Shown here: positions 19,261-29,192 of the stretch, one piece after another
Position numbering within the stretch: position 1 is the first letter of the stretch
Layout of the letters: each line of letters starts with the position of its first letter
NCBI GenBank assembly: GCA_910587305.1
Contig: CAJUKV010000015.1
Span: forward strand, 2,862-66,861
Reading direction: 5' to 3'
DNA length: 64,000 nucleotides
Source of the DNA: an uncultured Lachnospiraceae bacterium
GTDB lineage: Bacteria; Bacillota; Clostridia; Lachnospirales; Lachnospiraceae
The notes under the pieces: generated by a model
What the model saw: only the letters and a program-made list of their open reading frames with translations
The model's database searches: none
Told to the model about the DNA's origin: nothing
Position numbers and translations under genes: made by a program

Positions 19261-20802
19261 CTATTTTTTTATCAGCAGGGATTTTCCTGTCATTTCTTCC
19301 GGCTGCTGCATTCCCATCATTTCAATTAAAGTAGGAACGATATCCGCCAGACAACCGCCCTCTCTTAAGGTATAAGCCGGATCTGCATTTACAATGATAA
19401 ACGGAACCGGGTTTGTGGTGTGTGCCGTAAAAGGCGCTCCCGTCTCATAGTCAATGAGCTGTTCCGCATTTCCGTGATCCGCACAGATAAACATCTGTCC
19501 GTTCACTTCCTTAATCGCTTCAACCGCTTTGCCAACACACTCGTCCACTGCTTCCACTGCCTTGATAGCGGCGGCTTCCACACCTGTATGTCCAACCATA
19601 TCCGGATTTGCAAAGTTAATGATGATTACGTCATATTCCCCTGACTTAATGGCTTCCACCAGCTTATCGCAGACCTCGTATGCGCTCATCTGGGGTTTCA
19701 GATCGTAGGTTGCCACGTCCTTGGGAGAATTTACCAAAGTTCTGGTTTCCCCTTCATTGGGCTCTTCCACGCCGCCGTTGAAGAAGAAGGTTACATGAGC
19801 ATATTTTTCCGTTTCCGCAATCCTTGCCTGCTTCATGTTGTTAGCCGCTAACCATTCGCCAAAGGTATTGGTAACGGAAATCTTATGGAAGGCAATCTCC
19901 TTGTTGGGAATCGTGGGATCGTAATCGGAAAAGCATACATAAGTAAGGTCAAGCCTTTTTCCTCTCTCAAAGCCCTTGAAATCGTCGTCACAAAAGCTTC
20001 TGGTAATTTCTCTAGCACGGTCCGGTCTGAAATTAAAGAAAATCACGGAATCTCCGTCTTTAATCGTCGCCACCGGGCTGCCGTCCTTCATCACTACGGT
20101 AGGTTTCACAAACTCGTCCGTCTCGCCTCTGTCGTAGGACGCCTGGATTCCCTCAGGGCCGCTTGGCGCCTGTAAGCCTTCCCCTTTCGTAAGAGCGTCG
20201 TACGCCAGTTTCACTCTGTCGTAGTTGTTATCTCTGTCCATTGCATAATAACGGCCTGTGACAGATGCAATTTCACCTACGCCGATTTTCTTCATTTCTG
20301 CTTCCAAATCCTCAGCATAGCCCTTACCGCTTGCCGGAGGCGTATCGCGGCCATCTAAAAAGCAATGTACATAAACCCTGGAAAGGCCGTTTCTTTTGGC
20401 AAGCTCAAGCAGTCCGTACAAATGGGTATTGTGGCTGTGAACGCCGCCGTCGGAAAGCAATCCGAACATATGAAGGGAGGAGTCCTTTTGCTTACAGTTC
20501 TCCACAGCCTTTAAAAGGGCGGGATTCTCAAAAAAGGTTCCGTCCTGAATCTCTTTCGTAATTCTGGTAAGCTCCTGATACACAATACGCCCTGCGCCCA
20601 TATTCAAATGGCCAACCTCGGAATTCCCCATCTGACCATCCGGAAGCCCTACCGCCATACCGCTCGCATTCCCCTTTACGAAGGGACATTCCGCCATAAG
20701 CTTATCCATAACAGGCGTGTTTGCTTCTGCCACGGCATTGCCGTCCTTGCGGTCATTTAAGCCGTATCCGTCCAAAATCATTAATACTGTAGGTTTTTTC
20801 AT
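19261..20802 (-). CDS. gpmI: 2,3-BPG-independent phosphoglycerate mutase
   Basis: LMILDGYG, GQMGNSEVGH, ETEKYAHVTFF, ADHGNAE. Confidence 0.98.
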   Translation of the reverse strand: MKKPTVLMILDGYGLNDRKDGNAVAEANTPVMDKLMAECPFVKGNASGMAVGLPDGQMGNSEVGHLNMGAGRIVYQELTRITKEIQDGTFFENPALLKAVENCKQKDSSLHMFGLLSDGGVHSHNTHLYGLLELAKRNGLSRVYVHCFLDGRDTPPASGKGYAEDLEAEMKKIGVGEIASVTGRYYAMDRDNNYDRVKLAYDALTKGEGLQAPSGPEGIQASYDRGETDEFVKPTVVMKDGSPVATIKDGDSVIFFNFRPDRAREITRSFCDDDFKGFERGKRLDLTYVCFSDYDPTIPNKEIAFHKISVTNTFGEWLAANNMKQARIAETEKYAHVTFFFNGGVEEPNEGETRTLVNSPKDVATYDLKPQMSAYEVCDKLVEAIKSGEYDVIIINFANPDMVGHTGVEAAAIKAVEAVDECVGKAVEAIKEVNGQMFICADHGNAEQLIDYETGAPFTAHTTNPVPFIIVNADPAYTLREGGCLADIVPTLIEMMGMQQPEEMTGKSLLIKK

Positions 20803-20959
20803 CGCTTTTCTCCTTTTTTATTTATTTTAAATCTATCATCAATTTATTATTGTAAAAACATTTCCACTAGAAATTATACACATAATCTCATTCCCTTGCA
20901 AGAATTTCCATACATTTTTCTTTCCGGAATCTTTAACTTATTGCTTTACATGTAGCCAT

Positions 20960-21113
20960 AAAAGCAGCGTCTTCGCGAATAGAAATTCAAGAAGGAACCC
21001 TTATAAAAACGCCAGCGCTTGGTGAGGTCTTTTCGAACCTGGCGTCTGCTGCGTTTTTATAGAGCGAGAGCGCGGTGACGACTGAATTTCTATTCGCGAA
21101 GACGCGGCCGGAT
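20960..21113. repeat. Palindromic dispersed repeat, family A, copy 2 (inverted)
   Basis: Arms 20967-20989 / 21083-21105; interior is the reverse complement of 9143-9236 with substitutions. Confidence 0.85.
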
Positions 21114-21127
21114 ATCCACGCAACTAT

Positions 21128-23818
21128 TCACATAATCTGCTTCCATTCATAATACCCCACCATATAAAGCATCATCCCCATAGCCGAAATCACCATAACA
21201 GGAATTTTCCACCTTTCTCTTTTTTCCACCGCCTCCCCCGCAAGCATAAAAACCGGCAGCGCGCTTAACGTATACCGCCCGGCGCTGATAAGCCATGTGG
21301 ACGAATAGGTCAGCAAAAAGAAGGAAATCAAATAAATCAAATACATTGGCCGCAGTCTCTTGCAGACCCCATACACAATCGCTGTCAGATACACCGCAAA
21401 CAATAAAAGCTCCGGCACCCACAGGCTCATTCCCGTAGAAGTATACCAGCCTCCTGATGCGTTATCCTTAATATATCCTATGGTTTCCCAAATAGGGCAC
21501 AGCGCGTTTCCCCAATGGTTCTTTTGATAATACATAAACTTAAGGAAATCGCCCTCCACCAGATAATTGATTAGAAGATAAACCCAAAAGCCCCCCAGCA
21601 TCAGTGTGCAGATACACCCCGGCCAAATCACTTTCCCCAAAAAATCCTTCCATTTTTTGTTCTTTATCAAAGAAAGGCCCTTCTCCGCATAAAAAAGCTC
21701 CACTAAAACCGAAAACGCCAGCAGCAATCCCTGCACCTTTGTCAGGCAGGCAAAAAATCCCAGTGCCGCCACCAACGTCCACTCATGTTTTCTCAAATAG
21801 TAAAAAAAGGCGGCGGTTAATGCAAAAAACAAAGACTCTGTTGCGATGGAGCCAAAGAAAAACGCAAAGGGGAATACGCTGATCAGCATCAGTGCATTTC
21901 CGGCCGCTTTTTCGCCAAATTCCATTTTCACAATCCGGTAGAAAAAGACGCATCCAACCCCAAAGCCGATTACGGAGATAAGAATACCGCATAATCTGAT
22001 ATCGCTCACAAACAGCCCCAATGTCCGCATCATCCAAGGATACAGGGGATAAAACACCAAAAAAATATGCTCGCCGTTTTCAATTGCGCCTCCGTATCCG
22101 TTTTCAGCAATGTTGATGTAATGGGCGGAATCCCATCTCTTCCAGGCTTCCAGAAAATCGGAAAACGTAATTCCATTCGAAAAATCCCCTAGCATTGCCA
22201 TCATACACACGGAAAACAAATAGAGAAGCACTCGAAATACAATTGCCGTCGTAAAAATTTTTATCTCTTTTCCATATCTTTCCATAAGAGCCAATCCCTT
22301 TTTATTCCAATTTCTTTCCCCGGCCAGACGGACAAGTCCTTTGCTTCCTCCCGCTGCCATAAGCAAAAAAACAGGCACATAATTGGTGATGTATCTGGGG
22401 CTTACCTCCCAGTTCATCAAAAAAACTATCAGGCCGCAAAGCGCTATGGGCAAAGCACATGCGCTGCCTGCACATACTTTTACGCCCGCTTGCGTTTTTG
22501 TGCTCCCAAGCCATACATAAACCATTCCCAAGAGGAAAAAGCCATACAAAAGACAACAGCAAAGGCCGTGGTAGAATCCATATTGGTTCCCGTCATACAA
22601 AAGGAATTGGTGCAGCACAGACTCCTTTTGGGGAGAATCGTCCAAAAAATCGGAAAGGCCAAGGGTTCCATCCCCAAAGCATCTATAGAGCTTTACTCCA
22701 TAAAGTTTGATCATGCCCTTTAATCCTCTTTGGGAAATTCTGTTTTGAATTTCTTCCTTAATTGCCCGGTTCCTCTTCTCCGGTTCCTGAAATGAGCGGG
22801 TAAATTCATAATCTCCCGGATTGTATCCGCCATCCCCCTCAAGTCCCATCATAACCCAATGGCTGTAAGGCGTATTTTTCACTTTTGCCAGCGCCGGATC
22901 TAAGTGGCAGGTATATATATATTGATGGAAGAAGAAAAAAAGCACAAAGCAGCTTACGCTCACCCAGGCCAAATATACGCCGGCCCTCCTTACCTTTTTT
23001 CTCACCAAAAAAGTAAGGAAAATTGCCACCGCCATGATAAGCACCGTTGATTTTACCAGCGTGCCAACAGCGGCAATTAATCCTGAAAGCGCGCACCATC
23101 CTAAACTTCTCCTTCCCTCCGTTTCCTCAATCTTTAGCGATAAGTAAAACAAAAGTACCGGAAACAAAATGGAAAGAGAGTCCGTGTAAAAAACGTCTGT
23201 CATAAAAAGCAGCGGCGCCATACTCCCGGCCATGAGAAGCGCAATCACCCCGCAAAAGCTTCCCCAAAGTTTTCTTGCCGATAAACTGATAAACAGATAA
23301 GTCAGCAAAAGCAATATCTCATTGCCCAGGGCGGCAATCCTAAAATAATCGGAGGAAAAAAGCGAGCCTATCCTAAAAAAAATATATAACAGCGATAATC
23401 CGCCCAGATTATTGGGAAACCAGTCAAAATAATCATAATATCCCGCAAAGGTTCCTGTCCTTAGCCATTCCAGCGCGCCTTTGTAAATTGCATCCAAATC
23501 AAAGCTTGGCATAAAGCGCAGCTCTTCTGCTTTTGACAATTGAAAGCCGCCAATAACAATCAAAAAAGAAAGAACAATATACGGATAATTTTGTTCAAAA
23601 AAATCCTCTCTTTTGCCGCCTGCATACATAAAAAAAACAAACGCCCCTGAAATTCCTGCTGAAAGGACCCACAAAAGAGGTTCCCCCGACCACACATACA
23701 CACTCCCCAGCATAAACAAAAGGGGAATCATACACAAACTATGACATAATTGAACCATATTTATTTTCACCTTAATCCCCCATTCTTGCCTGCAAACCTC
23801 AAATTTGGGCCGGGACAC
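21128..23818 (-). CDS. Large membrane protein fusing two GT-C glycosyltransferase-like domains (start uncertain)
   Basis: N-half FPNN, YTDS, HWVMMGL, RY motifs; C-half RWDSAHYINIAENGY, FYPLYP, TESLF (PIG-V/mannosyltransferase-like). Confidence 0.75.
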   Translation of the reverse strand: MSRPKFEVCRQEWGIKVKINMVQLCHSLCMIPLLFMLGSVYVWSGEPLLWVLSAGISGAFVFFMYAGGKREDFFEQNYPYIVLSFLIVIGGFQLSKAEELRFMPSFDLDAIYKGALEWLRTGTFAGYYDYFDWFPNNLGGLSLLYIFFRIGSLFSSDYFRIAALGNEILLLLTYLFISLSARKLWGSFCGVIALLMAGSMAPLLFMTDVFYTDSLSILFPVLLFYLSLKIEETEGRRSLGWCALSGLIAAVGTLVKSTVLIMAVAIFLTFLVRKKVRRAGVYLAWVSVSCFVLFFFFHQYIYTCHLDPALAKVKNTPYSHWVMMGLEGDGGYNPGDYEFTRSFQEPEKRNRAIKEEIQNRISQRGLKGMIKLYGVKLYRCFGDGTLGLSDFLDDSPQKESVLHQFLLYDGNQYGFYHGLCCCLLYGFFLLGMVYVWLGSTKTQAGVKVCAGSACALPIALCGLIVFLMNWEVSPRYITNYVPVFLLMAAGGSKGLVRLAGERNWNKKGLALMERYGKEIKIFTTAIVFRVLLYLFSVCMMAMLGDFSNGITFSDFLEAWKRWDSAHYINIAENGYGGAIENGEHIFLVFYPLYPWMMRTLGLFVSDIRLCGILISVIGFGVGCVFFYRIVKMEFGEKAAGNALMLISVFPFAFFFGSIATESLFFALTAAFFYYLRKHEWTLVAALGFFACLTKVQGLLLAFSVLVELFYAEKGLSLIKNKKWKDFLGKVIWPGCICTLMLGGFWVYLLINYLVEGDFLKFMYYQKNHWGNALCPIWETIGYIKDNASGGWYTSTGMSLWVPELLLFAVYLTAIVYGVCKRLRPMYLIYLISFFLLTYSSTWLISAGRYTLSALPVFMLAGEAVEKRERWKIPVMVISAMGMMLYMVGYYEWKQIM

Positions 23819-23854
23819 AAATTTGTTCCTCCTGTCTCTAAGAACATCCGAACG

Positions 23855-25552
23855 TCATAGCTGTCCGCTTGCTTCTGCTCCAAGCGCAGCCCACAAAGGA
23901 CAGGTCAAAAGAAGCGGCTCCGCATAACGAAAGCTGCTGACAGGACCTAACAGGTAAGTCATCCACAATAAAATACTGAAAACGCCGGCAGTTAAAGCGG
24001 CTTTTCTTTTTTTTATTCCAAACCAAGTGCTGAAAAAAATTAAAACCCATACCGGTACGCCAATTGCATACAATTGCCTGAAAAACGGAAAATGCATCCA
24101 TGCCGCTTTGTTTTCGGAAACTGTCTCGTACCAGCCGTATACCCGGGGCAGCCATCCTTTTCTCGCAGCAGGGTAATCCTGACTATAATTATCCGTCTCA
24201 ATATATTCTCTCACAGATTCCATTTCCGGATACCAGAAGGGCAGGTTTAACGCCAAAAAAGCTTTTCCATATACAATCGGGTATTTTCTGAAAAGCCTTC
24301 CCCACAATCGAAAAAATTCTTCCTTATTTTCCGCAAATGCATGTTCGTTAAAATCCGCTTTAATGGGATCCGCAAAAAACCTGTCATACTGCTCCACACC
24401 AGGTATATATTTTTGGATCAGCTCTTTTTCCTCTGCCTCTATGCTCTCCCCCTTGCTATGGTACACCGCCGCTATCTGGCTTAAGGGAACCGGAAGCATC
24501 TCTTTGACGCTGCCTTTCGCCACATGAACCCCCGGATACACTATCTTTGTAACAATGTAAAATAACAAAATGGCAATAAAAAATCCTTTACATTGGGAAA
24601 AAGATACACGGAATGCAAGACCTAAAAGGATTGTAAAAGCAATCGCCACATAAATCATGTTGTTTCGAAACAGACAGCTCAAAAAAAGTAAAATGGTCAG
24701 CTTCAATTGAAGACGCCCTTCTACAGGAGACTCTTCCCTTCCGTAAATAGCTTCAAAAAAATCCACCAGCGTAATGCTAAGCAATAAAAAAAGACCTGAA
24801 AACAGCACATCCTTTGTCAAAATCAGGGTGAAAATGTGAAATACCGGATTGAGCGTATAATAAACACATGCGATTTTCATAAAAGACCCTGATAAATTCC
24901 TTTTGGAAATCCACACACAGGTATAGGCATAAATCGCCGCCATAACAAGCAGCTGAGTGATGGTATACAGGGTAATCCCGATCTGTTTTATCCCCAGCCA
25001 TTCATCCATATGAGCAAAAATACTCCATAAAAAAGTATGTAAAAAAGGATGATGATTGTCAAAGCCAATTATCCCCAAAGCTTCCAGGGTTATGTACCAG
25101 GAATCATAGCTCATACACCCTGGAAAATATGCGATAAAACAGGGCAGATAACATAACAGCATAACCGGATAGATAAGCCAAAAGCTTATGGGCGCTTTCC
25201 GTTTTTTTTCTTTCTGTGTTTTTGTTCTATACCCTTTATCCCCTTGTTCGCTTTGCCTTTTGCAGACCCACTCCAAAAAGGCAAAGGCGATGGCCGCCAT
25301 CCCCCCTGCTCCCATTGCCGCCACAACAAATAAAATCACGTACTCTTTCGACAATATTCCTCCGTCCAATGAAACGTTTTGGATATTATCGTCCAAAATA
25401 AGCTTTCCTATGGTCTGAGATACGCCAAAGACAAGGCCATAAGCCATGCCCGCCTTCCGGTATCCGGGCCGTACATATTTCATTGCGATGGCAAAGCATG
25501 CCATAAAAAATATACCTTTTCCTAACCCCATCTTTTTTATCCTGCCATCCAT
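23855..25552 (-). CDS. DUF6020-like membrane protein (putative GT-C)
   Basis: FPGCMSYDS, NHHPFLHT, KDVLF, FRNN, GPVSSFRY motifs. Confidence 0.7.
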   Translation of the reverse strand: MDGRIKKMGLGKGIFFMACFAIAMKYVRPGYRKAGMAYGLVFGVSQTIGKLILDDNIQNVSLDGGILSKEYVILFVVAAMGAGGMAAIAFAFLEWVCKRQSEQGDKGYRTKTQKEKKRKAPISFWLIYPVMLLCYLPCFIAYFPGCMSYDSWYITLEALGIIGFDNHHPFLHTFLWSIFAHMDEWLGIKQIGITLYTITQLLVMAAIYAYTCVWISKRNLSGSFMKIACVYYTLNPVFHIFTLILTKDVLFSGLFLLLSITLVDFFEAIYGREESPVEGRLQLKLTILLFLSCLFRNNMIYVAIAFTILLGLAFRVSFSQCKGFFIAILLFYIVTKIVYPGVHVAKGSVKEMLPVPLSQIAAVYHSKGESIEAEEKELIQKYIPGVEQYDRFFADPIKADFNEHAFAENKEEFFRLWGRLFRKYPIVYGKAFLALNLPFWYPEMESVREYIETDNYSQDYPAARKGWLPRVYGWYETVSENKAAWMHFPFFRQLYAIGVPVWVLIFFSTWFGIKKRKAALTAGVFSILLWMTYLLGPVSSFRYAEPLLLTCPLWAALGAEASGQL

Positions 25553-26725
25553 CTACGTATAAGACTTATCTACTTCTATCACAGCAATATATTTTTCATC
25601 TATCTGTCGTATCTGATTTTTCAGATAATCCACAACCTCGCTGTCCGACATCTTATAATTAAAAGGCACTTCCACGTCAAAAATAAGATTTGTATGCGTT
25701 GGCCCATGTACAATGCGGAAATCATGAAAGGTCACATTTCCCTCCATTTCATTCACAATTTTGGCCACATCCTCTTTCATCCGGTTCGTCCGTTCGTCAT
25801 CCACACACACAGGATCCATATGTATCACGGCGCTGCAGTTTAGTTCGTGGGCAAGTCTGTGCTCAATCAGGTCGATCATATCGTGCAGTACCAATATATC
25901 TCCGCTGGAAGGCACTTCCACATGTACGGAAAGCATTACCCGGCCCGGCCCATAATTATGTACCACCAGATCATGAATCCCTATCACACCCTGGTTTTTA
26001 TATTCCATAATAATTTCTTCCACCTTTTTCACAAATCCCGGCTCAGGGGGCTGGCCAAGTAACGGGCTTACCGTATCCTTCATGGCTCCCACTCCCGTAA
26101 AGAACACAAAAGCAGCCACCAAAATACCGCACCAGCCGTCTATCTGGATATCTGTCACAAACGCCAGCAAAGTGGTCAGCAAAACCACCAATGTAGAAAT
26201 ACTGTCGCTAATGCTGTCCTTGGCCGTGGCCATCATAGCGGCGCTGTCAATCTTTCTGCTAATTTTCCTGTTATACAAAAACATGTACAGCTTCACGCAA
26301 ATAGACAGCACTAAAATAAAAAGAACTAAGGGACTGGCGTCAATCGGCGTGGGATTAAAAATCTTATCCAAAGAGGATTTGAAAAGTTCCGCGCCCATGA
26401 GCAGAATGATCACAGCCACCAAAAGTCCCGCTATATATTCTATCCTTCCATGCCCAAAAGGGTGGTCATGATCCGGCTTCTGTCCTGCCATCCGAAAGCC
26501 AGCCAGCGTAATAATTGAAGAACCGGCGTCGGAAAGATTGTTAAACGCATCCGCTGTGATAGCAATGGAAGCCGATAGCTGTCCGGCAATAAACTTTACC
26601 AGAAATAAAAAAAGATTCAGAACAATCCCTATTGCTCCGCACAACATGCCATAAGCCTGACGCACCTTTACATCCGACGTATTTTTATAGTCTCTAACCA
26701 ACAGTCTTGTCAAAATCGTAACCAT
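25553..26725 (-). CDS. Cation diffusion facilitator transporter
   Basis: ADAFNNLSD, HPFGHGRIEY, IHDLVVHNYGP. Confidence 0.92.
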   Translation of the reverse strand: MVTILTRLLVRDYKNTSDVKVRQAYGMLCGAIGIVLNLFLFLVKFIAGQLSASIAITADAFNNLSDAGSSIITLAGFRMAGQKPDHDHPFGHGRIEYIAGLLVAVIILLMGAELFKSSLDKIFNPTPIDASPLVLFILVLSICVKLYMFLYNRKISRKIDSAAMMATAKDSISDSISTLVVLLTTLLAFVTDIQIDGWCGILVAAFVFFTGVGAMKDTVSPLLGQPPEPGFVKKVEEIIMEYKNQGVIGIHDLVVHNYGPGRVMLSVHVEVPSSGDILVLHDMIDLIEHRLAHELNCSAVIHMDPVCVDDERTNRMKEDVAKIVNEMEGNVTFHDFRIVHGPTHTNLIFDVEVPFNYKMSDSEVVDYLKNQIRQIDEKYIAVIEVDKSYT

Positions 26726-26912
26726 CTTAATCTCCACTTTTTTCTGATATTTTCAGGCATTTCAAAACCCTGGCATTGGAAAAATTCAGTAACCATGAAG
26801 CCGAAGGCCGAATAGTTGCAAAATCCGTTGCCTGTTTCATGTGCCTTTTACGATAAACAATAATTAGATACTATTCTATGTCATTTATTCAAAAAAAACA
26901 ATAAAAATATAG

Positions 26913-26941
26913 TTGACGAATGAATCATAAAGGCGTATCAT
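26913..26941 (+). promoter_or_regulatory. Sigma-A promoter of the leader/ABC operon
   Basis: TTGACG-N17-TATCAT. Confidence 0.7.
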
Positions 26942-26987
26942 ATGCTGGTATCCGTTAATTGTCTACAGCAGGAAGGAGGTAATTTAA

Positions 26988-27107
26988 ATGTTCAATCAAT
27001 ATAAAACCATAAAATCAAATTTATCAGGATTATACCCAAATTTTAATGTGAAATTACCTGCCGGTCTGCGCTTTTACCTTCCGGGTTCGGATTTACTCTC
27101 CACATAA
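26988..27107 (+). CDS. Putative leader peptide (39 aa)
   Basis: RBS AAGGAGGT; MFNQYKTIKSNLSGLYPNFNVKLPAGLRFYLPGSDLLST*. Confidence 0.55.
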   Translation: MFNQYKTIKSNLSGLYPNFNVKLPAGLRFYLPGSDLLST

Positions 27108-27167
27108 CTGTCTTTTCAGCAGTCTGCGTAAATACCTTACCCATATTCGATATATTTTGAAAAGCTG

Positions 27168-27199
27168 ACAGCCATGGTAATTTCCATGGCTGTTTTTTT
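27168..27199 (+). terminator. Attenuator terminator in the ABC leader
   Basis: acagccatgg-taattt-ccatggctgt followed by a T-run. Confidence 0.75.
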
Positions 27200-27458
27200 A
27201 CAGTCAAATACCCCGCAGCAAACTTGCAGTGCGGCAAACGCAACACATCTTCGATGTGTGGATATTTGACACTAGTGGCAGTCGCCAAATGGACATGCCG
27301 GCATGTCCGCCTGGCTCGTTGCCCGCGGAAATAAACTGGCTCGCGACGCCGCTAAAATGATGTGCGAGCCGCTCGGTGAGCAGGGGAAGAAATCTTTCCC
27401 GCCCGGTTGCCCTATGTACTATGTTTCGGTTGCGATGTGATCCAGGAGGTACAAATTT

Positions 27459-29192
27459 ATGAAAAAGATAACAACCTACATATGGGAGTACAAATTTCCC
27501 TTTTTATTCGCCGTCGTGTCCATGGTGATCAGCGTCGCCTTAGACATGCTCTCGCCCCAGCTCACAAGACGTATTGTAGATGATGTGATTTTGGGCGGTC
27601 AGATTGGCAAGCTTACCCCTATGCTCCTTGGCATTCTCTGTGTGGGAATTGGAAGATTTGTTTTTCAATATACCAAGGAATTTACTTTTGACGTTACCGG
27701 TTCAAAAATTGCCGCTAAAATACGGCAGGATTTGTTCAACCACATTCAATCTTTAAGCCCGGAATTTTTTGACCGCACAAATACCGGAGAGCTGATGAGC
27801 CGCGTAAAAGATGATGTGGACAGAATCTGGGACGGCCTTACCTATGTGGGCATGCTCCTTATAGAGGTGGTAGTGCATGCCTCTATTATACTGTTTTGCA
27901 TGTTTACCTTAAACTGGCGGCTTGCCATTTTGCCCGCTATCTGCATGGGAATCACCGCCGTTATCGCCATTTTTATGGAAAATAAACTGGACGCCGTTTA
28001 TGAGGCCATCAGCGAGGAGAACGCTTCCCTGAACACCGTTGCCGAGGAAAATCTGGCGGGCGTAAGAACGGTAAAGGCTTTCGCGCGGGAAAAATTTGAA
28101 ATTGGCAAATTTCTTTCCCATAACCAAAAGTACTATGACCTGAATATGCAGCAGTCAAAATTATTTGTGAAATATCATCCCTACCTGTCCATGATTACCA
28201 AACTTCTGCCCATCGCGATTTTATTCATCGGCGGATATCAGGTCATGGCGGATGAGATGACGCTGGGCGATTTAAGCGCCTTTATACAATACTCCATGAA
28301 TATCGTGTGGCCCATGGAAATGCTGGGCTGGCTTACCAACTCTCTTTCCTCCGCCATAGCCTCCAACAGGCGCATCCGCAAAATCTATCAGGAAAAACCG
28401 GTGATTACGGATCCTGATGCGCCTGTCATACTGCCGAAGGTGAAAGGGAAGATTACTTTTTCCCACGTTTCCTTCCATAAGGCGGACGGGTATGAGATTC
28501 TCCGCGATATCTCATTTACCGTGGAGCCCGGCAAAACAATCGGCATCATGGGCGCCACAGGAGCCGGGAAAAGCTCTCTAATTTATCTTATGCAGCGTCT
28601 TTACGACGCCACCGACGGCGCTGTCCTTTTAGACGATGTGGATGTAAAGAAGCTTTCCTTAAAACAGCTGCGAAGCTCTATTTCTCCGGTAATGCAGGAC
28701 GTCTTTTTGTTCTCAGACACCATTATGGAGAATGTGAAGCTTGGGCAGAAAAGCCATCTTTCTTACCCGGCCGTCCGTGACGCCGCCATACGGGCCAAGG
28801 CCAACGGCTTTATCGAAAAAATGGAGAAACAGTATGACACCGTTATCGGGGAGCGGGGGGTTGGGCTCTCCGGCGGACAGAAGCAGCGTATCACCATTGC
28901 AAGGGCTCTCGCCAAGAAAAAACCTATCCTGGTTCTTGACGACTCCACCTCCGCCCTGGATATGGAGACCGAGCAGTCGATACATGAAACCCTACGCGCT
29001 CTCCCTGACACGACTAAAATTATTATTGGACACCGTATCAGCGCCGTCTGCCATGCGGATGAAATCATCATTTTGGAGAATGGCAGAATTGCCGAGCGTG
29101 GCAGTCACGAAAGCCTGCTGGCCAAAAAGGGCCTGTACTATCAGACCTATCTCGCACAGTACGGTAAACCGAAGGAGGAAATCACAGCATGA
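27459..29192 (+). CDS. ABC exporter, fused permease/ATPase subunit A
   Basis: TM domain plus GATGAGKS, LSGGQKQR, LDDSTSALD (degenerate site). Confidence 0.93.
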   Translation: MKKITTYIWEYKFPFLFAVVSMVISVALDMLSPQLTRRIVDDVILGGQIGKLTPMLLGILCVGIGRFVFQYTKEFTFDVTGSKIAAKIRQDLFNHIQSLSPEFFDRTNTGELMSRVKDDVDRIWDGLTYVGMLLIEVVVHASIILFCMFTLNWRLAILPAICMGITAVIAIFMENKLDAVYEAISEENASLNTVAEENLAGVRTVKAFAREKFEIGKFLSHNQKYYDLNMQQSKLFVKYHPYLSMITKLLPIAILFIGGYQVMADEMTLGDLSAFIQYSMNIVWPMEMLGWLTNSLSSAIASNRRIRKIYQEKPVITDPDAPVILPKVKGKITFSHVSFHKADGYEILRDISFTVEPGKTIGIMGATGAGKSSLIYLMQRLYDATDGAVLLDDVDVKKLSLKQLRSSISPVMQDVFLFSDTIMENVKLGQKSHLSYPAVRDAAIRAKANGFIEKMEKQYDTVIGERGVGLSGGQKQRITIARALAKKKPILVLDDSTSALDMETEQSIHETLRALPDTTKIIIGHRISAVCHADEIIILENGRIAERGSHESLLAKKGLYYQTYLAQYGKPKEEITA

